Shown: in pieces, positions 1 through 9,560 of the stretch
Position numbering within the stretch: the first letter of the stretch is position 1
Layout of the letters: each line of letters starts with the position of its first letter
Assembly: GCA_021734995.1 (NCBI GenBank)
Contig: JAIPHX010000004.1
Location: forward strand, 18,115-82,114
Length of the DNA: 64,000 nucleotides
Source of the DNA: Minisyncoccota bacterium
GTDB lineage: Bacteria > Patescibacteriota > Minisyncoccia > Phycocordibacterales > UBA9973
Direction of reading: 5' to 3'
Made by a program: the position numbers and the translations under genes
Notes under the pieces: generated by a model
The model's database searches: none
What the model saw: the letters and a program-made list of their open reading frames with translations, nothing else
What the model was told of the DNA's origin: nothing

Positions 1-724
1 ATATGATATTTTTTGCAGTAACAAGTCTTTTTTGACCTTGTCGTACTTCACTATTAAAATCTTTATCTATTGTATATAAACTTGGAAATTTTCCATTAGG
101 TAATGTAAAAGGATTCGCTGGATCGTAAATATAAGTTTTATCACCATCCTCTAATAGGATAAAGCTATGCGCCTCTGATTCTAGATTTTCTCCATCCTTA
201 TTCCAACACACTTCACCACTGAAATATCGTGATTGGATACTTTCATTCTGCAAATAAACCTGTGCTAATGCTGATATTTCTGCACATTCTGCACTGTTTA
301 ATCTAAATACATCACTTATTTTAATATCTTTTTCTTCGTATATTTTTTGACGAGAGTTTGCTCCTTGTGGATTATAAGGAAACTGTTCGTCATAGCTCCT
401 TGAAAAAGCAATGAGTTTTGCAAAAATTTCTGGGTTAATGTTTACCCCTTGTGCAACTAATTGTTTCTCAATTTTAATAAGATTATACCCTTCTGCAAGC
501 TTGCGAGTTTTAACAAAAAAATCTTTTAAGTTTTCAAAATCTGCAATTGCTGTCACGTTTACTTTTGCAGAAAACATACTTTCTCCTCCTACTGGGATAA
601 TATCATTTTCTGCTATTTCGCTAATTTCAAAACAATGATCAAAAATCATCTCAATATTTTGGTTTGAAGATGATTCTATTTTGGGCTTATTTACTTTAGA
701 TATACCTGATTTAAATTCTCCCAT
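1..724 (-). CDS. Hypothetical protein with transglutaminase/papain-like Cys-His-Asp motifs (3' end beyond window)
   Basis: Manually translated open frame MGEFKSGISK...NSAECAEISALAQVYL...EAHSFILL...YIYDPANP running off the window edge; absent from the ORF track; alternative ATG at 733. Confidence 0.65.
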   Translation of the reverse strand, partial: MGEFKSGISKVNKPKIESSSNQNIEMIFDHCFEISEIAENDIIPVGGESMFSAKVNVTAIADFENLKDFFVKTRKLAEGYNLIKIEKQLVAQGVNINPEIFAKLIAFSRSYDEQFPYNPQGANSRQKIYEEKDIKISDVFRLNSAECAEISALAQVYLQNESIQSRYFSGEVCWNKDGENLESEAHSFILLEDGDKTYIYDPANPFTLPNGKFPSLYTIDKDFNSEVRQGQKRLVTAKNII

Positions 725-771
725 AGTGCTCATTTTAGCATAAAATATTAATACCAGGTATGGGTCGATTA

Positions 772-1143
772 TTATGTCAGATTTTTTATGTATGACTGAA
801 AATCATGAAAGCTCTTGAATATTTGATTATCCTTTTGGTTCTTGTAGCGTATTATTGAAACAGCTTCTGGAATATTAATAATCTCTAATTCATTTAAAAA
901 TTTTACGAGAAATTCTTTTGAAATATCTTCTAAAATGAAGCCAACAATTGATGGATTCGGATACGCACTTAATACTATTCCTTTACTTCCCTTTTCTAAA
1001 AAATATTTAATTTGAAATCTCCATAACTTATCAATCTTTTCAATATCAATAGTTGAATCAAATATAATTTCGAAAAACTTATTTTCGTAATCGAGATCTA
1101 TTTCTGGGTCAAATGACCAATTGTCTTCGCGATAGGTTGTCAT
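772..1143 (-). CDS. Hypothetical protein
   Basis: 123-aa ORF with ATG start, no recognisable motif. Confidence 0.55.
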   Translation of the reverse strand: MTTYREDNWSFDPEIDLDYENKFFEIIFDSTIDIEKIDKLWRFQIKYFLEKGSKGIVLSAYPNPSIVGFILEDISKEFLVKFLNELEIINIPEAVSIIRYKNQKDNQIFKSFHDFQSYIKNLT

Positions 1144-1311
1144 AAAAAAATTATACCATACCGGAAAGCGGAAAGCTTTACTTCACGATGGTAAAACTTG
1201 CCAAATTGGAAACTTGCGGAGATCCTCGTATTAGAACCTTTCAGTAATAAGGCCTGTAAGGCTTTGGGGATATCTTTCATATTATCATAACAACGCTCCT
1301 CGTGCGAACTA

Positions 1312-1370
1312 AAAAGTGACAAAAGTGACACTACTTGGACATATAAAGTTACATGAACATGTCACTATTT
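1312..1370. promoter_or_regulatory. Direct plus inverted repeats upstream of recombinase (possible recombinase binding/att site)
   Basis: AAAAGTGAC tandem x2 (1312-1329) and inverted TGTCACTATTT (1360-1370). Confidence 0.35.
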
Positions 1371-1445
1371 TAGACACGATTATGCGACGAATTTTTAGTC
1401 CTGCATAGACTTAGCAAAACTATTGTTCTCTGACACCATTGGTAT

Positions 1446-2768
1446 ATGGAAACATATACAACAGCTAGGATTAATAAGGAAATCTTTGCACCAGTACAAA
1501 AGATAAGGTATGTACTGTATGCTCGTAAATCTACCGAATCAGAAGAACGACAAGTTCTTTCAATAGATAGCCAAATAAAAGAAATGCTTGAACTAGCAGA
1601 AAGAGAAAACTTAGAAATTGTAGAAATCAGGCGAGAATCTCATTCAGCTAAAGAATCAGGACAACGACCTGTGTATAAGGAAATATTAGAAGACATACGA
1701 CGAGGTAGATTCAACGGAATACTAACTTGGGCACCAGATAGGCTTTCAAGAAACGCAGGTGACTTAGGGAGTATCGTAGATTTAATGGACCAAAAGTTGT
1801 TATTAGAAATTCGTACCTACGGACAACATTTTAAGAACTCTCCAAATGAAAAGTTTCTATTAATGATTCTCTGTTCTCAAGCAAAACTTGAGAATGATAA
1901 CAAAAGTGTAAATGTTAAACGAGGATTAAGAACAAGAGTAGAGATGGGACTATGGCCTGCTCCTGCACCAACAGGATACCTTAAAGAGAAAAGGATGGAT
2001 AGGAAATGCGAGACATTAATTGACAGAGATAGAGCACCTACAATCAAGAAAATGTTTGAGAAAGTAGCCTATGAGCATTGGAGTGGAAGAAAGGTATATA
2101 ACTGGCTTCGATTTGATTTAAACTTCAGGACAGCTTATGGAAAGAAGCATCTTAGCCTAGGTAATATATACAAAATACTAGGAAATCATTTCTACTATGG
2201 AATCTTTGAATATCCAAGAAAAAGTGGCAATTGGTATACTGGTAAACATGAGTCACTTATTACCAAAGAACTATATGACCAGGTTCAAGTGCAAATACGA
2301 AGCCAAGTCCTTCGTGTAGAAAACAAGGAATTTGCTTTCACTAAAATGATGACTTGTGGATTATGTGGTTCTAGTATTACGGCTGATGAAAAGTTTAAAA
2401 AACAGAAAAATGGTAATGTTCACAGATATGTATATTATGGATGTACGAAGTCTCAAAAAGCTGATTGCAAATGTGGCTACACAGAAGAAAAGGATATTCT
2501 CAAACAATTTGAAGAGTTAATTGAAAAGATTAATATTAATGAAATTCAAATTAAAGAAAAAATTAAAGCTGATGTTGAAAAATTCACCAATTTACAAAAT
2601 TTCTTCTTGGGAATTAAAGAAAAACCTAAAATATCAAATATTGATATCCGAGGATATGCTAGATATGTACTAAAAGAAGGGAGTGATATTGAGAAAAGAG
2701 AATTGTTGGGGTGCCTGAGGGGAAAGATTGTTTTGAGTGATAAAAAGATATCTATTTTAATTTTATAA
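1446..2768 (+). CDS. Large serine recombinase (resolvase + recombinase + Zn-ribbon domains)
   Basis: YARKS catalytic motif, DRLSRN, CGLCG...YYGC zinc ribbon. Confidence 0.93.
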   Translation: METYTTARINKEIFAPVQKIRYVLYARKSTESEERQVLSIDSQIKEMLELAERENLEIVEIRRESHSAKESGQRPVYKEILEDIRRGRFNGILTWAPDRLSRNAGDLGSIVDLMDQKLLLEIRTYGQHFKNSPNEKFLLMILCSQAKLENDNKSVNVKRGLRTRVEMGLWPAPAPTGYLKEKRMDRKCETLIDRDRAPTIKKMFEKVAYEHWSGRKVYNWLRFDLNFRTAYGKKHLSLGNIYKILGNHFYYGIFEYPRKSGNWYTGKHESLITKELYDQVQVQIRSQVLRVENKEFAFTKMMTCGLCGSSITADEKFKKQKNGNVHRYVYYGCTKSQKADCKCGYTEEKDILKQFEELIEKININEIQIKEKIKADVEKFTNLQNFFLGIKEKPKISNIDIRGYARYVLKEGSDIEKRELLGCLRGKIVLSDKKISILIL

Positions 2769-2802
2769 TAGTTTGGTATCTGTTTATAAATAAGAATTCA
2801 AA

Positions 2803-3702
2803 TTATTTTCTTTCTTTTATAGAGGTAATTTTATTTCCATTATGCATACTTGAAATTTTTCCATCAGCACCGTATCTATAATCTACTGTATTTAAACCAA
2901 TTGCGGGTATATTAGTAATATTTCCACCTTCACTTGGAATTAAAGCACCTAATCCTTTATTTTCAGGCTTCATTGTTCGTTCTTGAAAATTTATAAGTTC
3001 ATTAAAATCAAATGATTCTTTTAATTTAAAGGCGTCATCTTTTCTTACTCTTAAAAAAATAAAAGGTCCATCAATCTGAGTATTATTTTTTACCAATTGA
3101 TAAGTTCTTTCGTCAATTTTCTTATACACTCCAATATCTATTGATTGAGCAATTGTTTTTCCAGTTTTTGAGTCTGTTGCACTAAAATCATCGAGCCATC
3201 CTGAACCTTTCTTTGAATCATAAAATACTATTACATCAGAAGGATCTCTTTCTTTCTTCTCTCCCTTGTCATCACCCAAATAATCTGGGTTGTCTAAAAT
3301 ATTTTTAGTTCTTTGAACTTGTCCATTTTCTAAAACCTTGTAAACAGAACCTCTTTCAGTCTCGAATGATTCAAATTTTAAAATGTTATTTAATTCTTTT
3401 TCTGGAGTTTTATTTTGTATTTCATAAACAGAAGTCAATGTTTGTACTACATATTTTCCGTTTTCTACTTTTATACTCTTTATGTTACTTGTATTTCCAC
3501 CATTATCAAACTCAATAGGAAAACCAATCCTAACATTATTTTTCAATTTTCCTTGTAGTATATATCCAACTTCTAAATCTGAATTACCACTACTTGATTG
3601 TTTTAATAGAGACAATTCTTCACCAGTTTTTAATTCAAGTTTCTGGATAATATTTTCACTCTCAATTTTTTCATTATTTTGTGGGGGTATATCAAAAGCC
3701 AT
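2803..3702 (-). CDS. Hypothetical protein
   Basis: 299-aa ORF, plausible composition, no recognised motif. Confidence 0.7.
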   Translation of the reverse strand: MAFDIPPQNNEKIESENIIQKLELKTGEELSLLKQSSSGNSDLEVGYILQGKLKNNVRIGFPIEFDNGGNTSNIKSIKVENGKYVVQTLTSVYEIQNKTPEKELNNILKFESFETERGSVYKVLENGQVQRTKNILDNPDYLGDDKGEKKERDPSDVIVFYDSKKGSGWLDDFSATDSKTGKTIAQSIDIGVYKKIDERTYQLVKNNTQIDGPFIFLRVRKDDAFKLKESFDFNELINFQERTMKPENKGLGALIPSEGGNITNIPAIGLNTVDYRYGADGKISSMHNGNKITSIKERK

Positions 3703-3793
3703 ATATTTATAATATCAAATTTTTTACTATTTTAATAGTATTATTTTTAGATATTAAATATTTGCAGACAACACATCTCGTGCTAGCTGTCAA

Positions 3794-3867
3794 TGGCGGG
3801 CGATGAGAGAATCGAACTCCCGATAACGGTTTTGGAGACCGTAGTTATGCCACTTAACTAATCGCCC
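3794..3867 (-). tRNA. trnW: tRNA-Trp (CCA)
   Basis: GGGCGAT acceptor, ACGGT-CTCCAAA-ACCGT anticodon arm, TTCGATT T-loop, encoded 3' CCA. Confidence 0.97.
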
Positions 3868-3986
3868 ATACAACACATTTATTATTCAACACAACATCAG
3901 TACATTATTTATCTACCTACAACACAATACGCATTTTTTTCTCCCCAAAAAAACAAAAACAATCCTGGATTTCTGCAAAACCCAAT

Positions 3987-4064
3987 AGGGCTCAAACAGG
4001 AATCGAACCTGCTCAGCCGGCATATATTTTCAAGCCGACCATTCTTCCGTTAAACTATAAGCCC
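3987..4064 (-). ncRNA. tRNA-like element / pseudo-tRNA with 12-nt anticodon loop
   Basis: GGGCTTA/TGAGCCC acceptor, TAGTTTAACGGAAGAA D-region, GTCGGC-TTGAAAATATAT-GCCGGC, GCAGG-TTCGATT-CCTGT; no CCA. Confidence 0.65.
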
Positions 4065-4197
4065 GTGCTCCCCAGCTGGTAACTGAGGAGTCCTCAGACA
4101 GCTTTTTACTAGTAATCAAGCTTCTGATAGTAAAAAAGAACAACACGACGAACTTTCGCCGTATCGTTAATTATAGCATATTTATATTTTTCAAACA

Positions 4198-4238
4198 AAA
4201 AAATACCCTATAAAGCTTAATTTATAAGGGTATTTTTT
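4198..4238 (-). terminator. Intrinsic terminator after rpmG
   Basis: AATACCCTTATAAA...TTTATAGGGTATT hairpin followed by T-run. Confidence 0.7.
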
Positions 4239-4239
4239 A

Positions 4240-4404
4240 TTATTTCTTAACTTCTTTATGCTTTAAACTTTTTTTGCACCATTTGCAAAACTTTTTTAGT
4301 TCAAGCTTAGTGGTAACAGTTTTTTTGTTTTTACTTGACCAATAGTTAATCCTCTTGCAAGTACCGCAAGCAAGCTTTATTAGTCTATCTTGTGATTTAG
4401 CCAT
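4240..4404 (-). CDS. rpmG: 50S ribosomal protein L33 (Zn-binding type)
   Basis: Manual translation MAKSQDRLIKLACGTCKRINYWSSKNKKTVTTKLELKKFCKWCKKSLKHKEVKK; too short for the ORF track. Confidence 0.95.
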   Translation of the reverse strand: MAKSQDRLIKLACGTCKRINYWSSKNKKTVTTKLELKKFCKWCKKSLKHKEVKK

Positions 4405-4458
4405 ATAGATAAAGAATAATACAATTTTAAAGAAAAAGCAAGAATTTTAAGTTTTACA

Positions 4459-4881
4459 TCATAAAACAGAACTAGCCAATTCTTCTGTATCTTTTTTTAT
4501 TTTTTCAAAATTATCTTCTGTCAAATTTTCGTCATTCAACCTATCCACAATAGAATTATATTTTTCCCAAAACCCACTAAAAGTATCGTTAATATCCACT
4601 TCATTTGTGTCAAATTGGGTAACCTCTCTTTGTTCTTTTGAAACATTTTTATACTTATCTATTTCTATATCAATATATTCTTTTAAATGAAGTAATGGAT
4701 TTGTCTTTATGTATTTTTTTAATTCCTCAAATGTTTTTTGATTGAACATAGTAAAAGCATAAAGTTGATTAAAAGAATCAGCTAATCTTTTTTTTAAATC
4801 CATTAGATAATCAACCTGTACAAATTGACCATCATCTTGTGAGGCATCCCCCAAACCTATACCATCACCAATATTTTTCAT
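4459..4881 (-). CDS. Hypothetical acidic protein
   Basis: 140-aa ORF co-oriented downstream of ddl. Confidence 0.6.
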   Translation of the reverse strand: MKNIGDGIGLGDASQDDGQFVQVDYLMDLKKRLADSFNQLYAFTMFNQKTFEELKKYIKTNPLLHLKEYIDIEIDKYKNVSKEQREVTQFDTNEVDINDTFSGFWEKYNSIVDRLNDENLTEDNFEKIKKDTEELASSVL

Positions 4882-4910
4882 AAATATATCTTTAAAATTA
4901 TTATTAATTG

Positions 4911-5894
4911 TTAGACCGAAACCTTTAAATCATTAATCTTGTTGAAGTTATCTATAGCTAGAGTTATCAAAATATCCAAAAGTTCAGCTATTGGTAATCC
5001 ACCATACTCCCAAAGCTTTGGATACATACTAATGTCTGTGAATCCAGGTAAAGTGTTTATTTCATTTACCAAAACTTTTCCATTTTTTTGCAAAAAGAAG
5101 TCTACCCTAGCAAGACCGCTACAATCCAAAGTTTCAAATACTTTTATTGCTAAATCTTGTATTTCTTTTGCCTTACTTTCTGAGAGCTTCGCAGGAATTT
5201 CCAATCTTGCTCCATTTTGATCTGTGTATTTTGCTTCGTAAGAATAGAAATCTTTTAGTGGGATAATTTCCCCCAAAATAGAAGCGGTAGGGTTTTCATT
5301 GCCCAAGACTGCACATTCTATTTCTCTTCCTTTTGTTTCTTCTTCTATTATGATTTTTTTATCATACAAAAAAGACTCTTTGATTGCGCTGATAAATTCT
5401 TTTTCATTTTTTACTTTTGAAATACCAACAGAAGAACCCATATTTGCTGGCTTTACAAACATCGGCAAACCCAAACTCTTTTTTATTTCTTTAAAATTCA
5501 CGTCTTGCCCTTTTTTTATAATTTCAAATTTTCCTACAGGCAATCCCTTGTCTCGTAAAACTCTTTTTGCTATCTCTTTATCCATTCCAAGGGCAGATCC
5601 TAAAACAGAAGCACCCACGAAAGGCAACCCCAATATCTTTAGAAATCCCTGCATGCTTCCATCTTCTCCGTAAGGGCCATGCAACACAGGAAATACTACA
5701 TCTGCTTTAGATACAAAATCAAGAGAAAATTCTCCCTTTTTTGAAATTTTTACAGGCAAAACATTATATTTTTCTTTATCAAAAGATCCTATAATATTTT
5801 TAGCAGAATTTAAAGATACTTCATGTTCTGCGGATCTTCCTCCATACAAGACAGCTACTGTAATCTTTGGTATTTTTTTTGTATTTTTTTTCAT
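4911..5894 (-). CDS. ddl: D-alanine--D-alanine ligase
   Basis: GGRSAEHEVS, LHGPYGEDG, GSSVG, NEINTLPG motifs. Confidence 0.97.
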   Translation of the reverse strand: MKKNTKKIPKITVAVLYGGRSAEHEVSLNSAKNIIGSFDKEKYNVLPVKISKKGEFSLDFVSKADVVFPVLHGPYGEDGSMQGFLKILGLPFVGASVLGSALGMDKEIAKRVLRDKGLPVGKFEIIKKGQDVNFKEIKKSLGLPMFVKPANMGSSVGISKVKNEKEFISAIKESFLYDKKIIIEEETKGREIECAVLGNENPTASILGEIIPLKDFYSYEAKYTDQNGARLEIPAKLSESKAKEIQDLAIKVFETLDCSGLARVDFFLQKNGKVLVNEINTLPGFTDISMYPKLWEYGGLPIAELLDILITLAIDNFNKINDLKVSV

Positions 5895-5960
5895 TTTTTA
5901 ATAAATAAATTAGGCCGATAAATTATACAGAACTTTACTGAACACCTTTATTATATCATC

Positions 5961-6698
5961 TCAAAAAAGAATCGCATCTTTCAACGATTTTGATACATTT
6001 GTCAGGTTTATACAGCTTTTTTCTGTAATCAATACCATATCTTCAATCCTTACCCCGCCAAAGTTTTTTAAATAAATTCCAGGTTCTATTGTCATCACAC
6101 ATCCCTCTGGTAAAATGTCTCCACTTGCAGGTTTTAAATTTGGCCATTCGTGTATGACCGTACCTACTCCATGACCAAGCCCATGCGGAAACTTTTTTGC
6201 CCCAAATTTTTTATTCAAAAAATCTCTAGCTACTTTGTCTAAAACAGAAGCTCGCCTTTCCCCTTTTTTAATTTTTTCTATTACTTTCTCTTCTGCTTCA
6301 AGTACTGCTAAATATATTTTTTCTTGTTTTTTGTTTGGTTTACCCCAAAAATATGTCCTTGTCATATCAGAACAATAGCTGTTTATTGTGCATCCAAAAT
6401 CAAACATCACTGTATCCCCTATTTTTAATTTTGTCTTATTTGGCTCATGATGAATATTTGCAGTATTTTTTCCAAAAGCGACAATTGGAGGAAAAGCCAA
6501 TACAGGTGCTCCGTATTTGATAAAAGAGTTTTCAATAAACTGAGCGGTAGATATCTCAGTAACCCCCGTTTTTAAATATTTTAAAACATCCTTCAATACT
6601 TTTTCACTTATTCTTTGAGCTTTAATAATATTTTTTAATTCTTTTTGAGTCTTCACTGCTCGCACTTCATGAATCAATTTTGTGTTCATATTAACCAT
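5961..6698 (-). CDS. M24 family Xaa-Pro aminopeptidase (catalytic domain only)
   Basis: DFG...YCSDMTRT, HGLGHGVG..IHE, TIEPGIY, GGVRIED. Confidence 0.9.
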   Translation of the reverse strand: MVNMNTKLIHEVRAVKTQKELKNIIKAQRISEKVLKDVLKYLKTGVTEISTAQFIENSFIKYGAPVLAFPPIVAFGKNTANIHHEPNKTKLKIGDTVMFDFGCTINSYCSDMTRTYFWGKPNKKQEKIYLAVLEAEEKVIEKIKKGERRASVLDKVARDFLNKKFGAKKFPHGLGHGVGTVIHEWPNLKPASGDILPEGCVMTIEPGIYLKNFGGVRIEDMVLITEKSCINLTNVSKSLKDAILF

Positions 6699-6761
6699 TA
6701 TGCAATATATTTAAGATATTTTCTAGTTTCAATATATTTTTAAAAAAGATATAATGATGTT

Positions 6762-7004
6762 ATGTTTAATATTTTAAACTATAAAATCAAAATATATAAA
6801 GATAAAAATGGAATTTACGCAGGATACGTACCCTCTCTAAAAAGTTGTTATACTCAAGCAAAAAATCTAAAGGAGCTAAAATCAAGACTCCAAGAAGTTG
6901 TCATGTTGTCTTTAGAAACCAAAAACGAGGTCGGAAGAACCAGTGAGTTCATGGGTAAGAATGTCAAATCCTATGCCAAAACTGGTGCCAATTTCACCTC
7001 ATAA
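6762..7004 (+). CDS. hicB: HicB-like antitoxin
   Basis: YVPSLKSCYTQAKNLKEL pattern; overlaps downstream hicA. Confidence 0.8.
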   Translation: MFNILNYKIKIYKDKNGIYAGYVPSLKSCYTQAKNLKELKSRLQEVVMLSLETKNEVGRTSEFMGKNVKSYAKTGANFTS

Positions 7005-7209
7005 ATTAATAAAAATACTTAAAAAGCTAGGCTTCCGTGAAGAAAGAATAAGAGGTAGTCACCATTTTTTTGTAAATCCAATTTCAAAAAAAACAACAAC
7101 GATACCCATACACAATAATGAATCTTTAGGCATAGGTATCTTAAAATTAATCTTAAAAGATATTAATTTATCAACAGAAGAGTATGAAAAGCTAAGGAAG
7201 ACAATCTAG
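6973..7209 (+). CDS. hicA: HicA family toxin (mRNA interferase)
   Basis: LKKLGF...RGSH...TTIPIH...L..GIL..IL motif; start MPKL at 6973. Confidence 0.9.
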   Translation: MPKLVPISPHKLIKILKKLGFREERIRGSHHFFVNPISKKTTTIPIHNNESLGIGILKLILKDINLSTEEYEKLRKTI

Positions 7210-8117
7210 TAATCAATCAGCACGTCTACAATCTTTTCCATATCAGCAAAGCGACCACTAGTAGTAGAACCTAGAATACTAATAGCAAAAATGTTTTCAT
7301 TTTTAGTCTTTAAAATAACAGCTAAATTTCCACCAGCTAGAGTAGTATTACCTGTCTTAGAAAACAAAAACTCTTTTTGTGGTATTAAAACATTTGTATT
7401 TTTAGCAAAATGCTCAAATCCAGAGATAGATTTAAAATTTTTCTCTGCTAAAACACTACTTTCAAAAATATCTGGAGAAACTTTATAAGCATGCACAGAC
7501 ATCAGGTTGACATCTAAGGCGGAAGCGAGAGCTCCAGCTTTCAGCTCTCCATCTTTTTCAAAATCTAATCCTGTAAAATTAAAAAAGGAAGCATTTTTCA
7601 TTCCAATTCTTTGAGCTTTCTCGTTCATTTTTTCTATCAAATCTTTTTGTTCTTTTTCTTCCCAATACTCTGCCAAAGCATAAATACCGTCATTTGCCGA
7701 AACCATAAAAGCATATTCTGCTAAATCTTTTATTTTCCATTTCTCCATTTTGTATAGACCAAAATCACCATTTTGACTTATGGCTAAAGAAGAGAGAGAA
7801 GTAACATCTTCTGGATTTATATTAGGTAAGATGGTAATCAGTGTCATTGTCTTAGAAAGTGAAGCGATAGGTATGGGAGAGCCATCGTTTTTTCCATACA
7901 CAACCTTGTTTTTATTTACATCATATACAGATATTGCTTTTGCTTTTAAGTCTAGCGACTCAATTTCTTTTTTAATATTCCCAAGAAATTCCTTTTCCGC
8001 AATTTCTATATTTTTTAATCTAGATTCTTCTTTAAAATTAAAAAATAGAAAACACCCAGCCAAAATAGCTGTAATGACTAAAACAGTGATCAGGCTTCTA
8101 TTGTGTATCTCCTCCAT
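7206..8117 (-). CDS. D-alanyl-D-alanine carboxypeptidase (S11) with N-terminal anchor
   Basis: SxxK (ASLSK), SAN, KTG motifs. Confidence 0.88.
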   Translation of the reverse strand: MEEIHNRSLITVLVITAILAGCFLFFNFKEESRLKNIEIAEKEFLGNIKKEIESLDLKAKAISVYDVNKNKVVYGKNDGSPIPIASLSKTMTLITILPNINPEDVTSLSSLAISQNGDFGLYKMEKWKIKDLAEYAFMVSANDGIYALAEYWEEKEQKDLIEKMNEKAQRIGMKNASFFNFTGLDFEKDGELKAGALASALDVNLMSVHAYKVSPDIFESSVLAEKNFKSISGFEHFAKNTNVLIPQKEFLFSKTGNTTLAGGNLAVILKTKNENIFAISILGSTTSGRFADMEKIVDVLIDY

Positions 8118-8712
8118 CAGTTTGGTTGGTGTTTTGATTTAAAATACTTTCTTCTTCTTTCTCTTTTGTCTGTATATTTTCTTCTTGCATTTTTTGAGTA
8201 GTATTGTTTAAAACTTTTATTGTCTCCATATAATCTGGTAATTCTTCTACACTTTTTACCCCTAGATAAGACAGTAAGTCAAAAGTAGGTTTATATATAA
8301 GTTTTCTACTATCATTTGGATCAATTTCTTTTTGGATCAAACCACGAATAGCCAAAGCTCTTAAGATAAAGCTAGAATTCACTCCTCTTACATAATCAAT
8401 CTCTGCTCTAGTTGCTCCATTTTTATACAAAATAACAGAAAGAGTCTCCAAAGAAGCTTTTGATAAATCTTTGTTTACTTCTTCTTTTTGTAATTCTTCA
8501 AACAAAACAGAGAGTTCAGGGGAAGTTCCAAAAGCAATTTCATCTCCATTTTCTTGTAAAACAACTCCCCTGTTTTCTAAAGATGTTTTTAGTTTTAATA
8601 AAGCTTCATCTAAAACAGAAAGATGTACCTTAAAAATGTCGCAAAGCTTTGCTCTGCTCATAGGTTCTCCTTTCCAGAAAAGTACTGCTTCTATTTTTTT
8701 ATCTAATTCCAT
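8098..8712 (-). CDS. scpB: SMC-Scp complex subunit ScpB
   Basis: IEAVLF, LSKASLETLSVILY...TRAEIDYVRGV. Confidence 0.95.
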   Translation of the reverse strand: MELDKKIEAVLFWKGEPMSRAKLCDIFKVHLSVLDEALLKLKTSLENRGVVLQENGDEIAFGTSPELSVLFEELQKEEVNKDLSKASLETLSVILYKNGATRAEIDYVRGVNSSFILRALAIRGLIQKEIDPNDSRKLIYKPTFDLLSYLGVKSVEELPDYMETIKVLNNTTQKMQEENIQTKEKEEESILNQNTNQTDGGDTQ

Positions 8713-8741
8713 ATATTTTTATATTAAAATAATAATTACAA

Positions 8742-9500
8742 TTACACAACATCTTCCAAGCTTGTATTTTCTGCTTGTTTTTCTATCACAATATCTTCAA
8801 AAGTATTTTCTTGTACCGCATCTAGCAACCCCTGCCTTACTAGCTCAAGCATAGCAAGAAAAGAAACAATAACTGTAACTTTTTCTTCTTTTGTAACTGC
8901 TTTACCACTCCATTCTCTAAAACTCATCTTTACTGCTTCTTGGATTCTGTCTGTAAGACTTTCAATCATTTCTTCAAGACTGATAACTTTTTTTACCTCC
9001 ACTTCTGGCAAAGATTCTTTCTTGGGCATTCGGTTTAGAGTTTCCTGCACCAAAATCATCATATTTTCTTTTGTAATCTTTTCGTCTGGTAAAAATACTA
9101 CTTGTATTTGTTTTCGTTCAGCTAAAGGAAAAATTAATTTTTCCCCAAAAATAGATTTTAACTTCAAAGAAAGACCTGTATACATCTCGTATAATTTTAA
9201 CCGATCAGCAAGATTATGAATTTCACTTTCTTCTTCATTGGATAATGATAGGTTAGGCAACAAAGATTTAGATTTAATCAATATTAAAGTAGCCGCTACC
9301 ACCATAAACCCAGACATCTCTCTGTAGTGAACATCTCTTTTTTGTTCAAGATATTTTAAATAACTATCAGTCACCTCAGCCAAAGACACTTCGTTTATAA
9401 AAAGCTTACGTTCTTCTACCAATGAAAGCAATACACTAAAAGGCCCTTCAAAGATAGGAGTTTTCACTTTGTATAGATTGTCCAGTGTATCTGTATCCAT
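8742..9500 (-). CDS. scpA: Segregation/condensation protein ScpA
   Basis: FEGPFSVLLSL, AATLILIKSKSLLP, FLAMLEL. Confidence 0.95.
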   Translation of the reverse strand: MDTDTLDNLYKVKTPIFEGPFSVLLSLVEERKLFINEVSLAEVTDSYLKYLEQKRDVHYREMSGFMVVAATLILIKSKSLLPNLSLSNEEESEIHNLADRLKLYEMYTGLSLKLKSIFGEKLIFPLAERKQIQVVFLPDEKITKENMMILVQETLNRMPKKESLPEVEVKKVISLEEMIESLTDRIQEAVKMSFREWSGKAVTKEEKVTVIVSFLAMLELVRQGLLDAVQENTFEDIVIEKQAENTSLEDVV

Positions 9501-9560
9501 TTTTTTAAAATTTACCCTTATATATTAGCATTTTTATGTGAAAAAATATATACTAAATAA

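Noticed and set aside
1140-1331. 63-aa ORF
   Set aside because: Non-ATG start overlapping the repeat motifs, atypical composition; probably spurious
3987-4064. Functional tRNA-Phe/Ser or tmRNA
   Set aside because: 12-nt anticodon loop, extra base in the acceptor region and no CCA; no tag ORF or tmRNA layout
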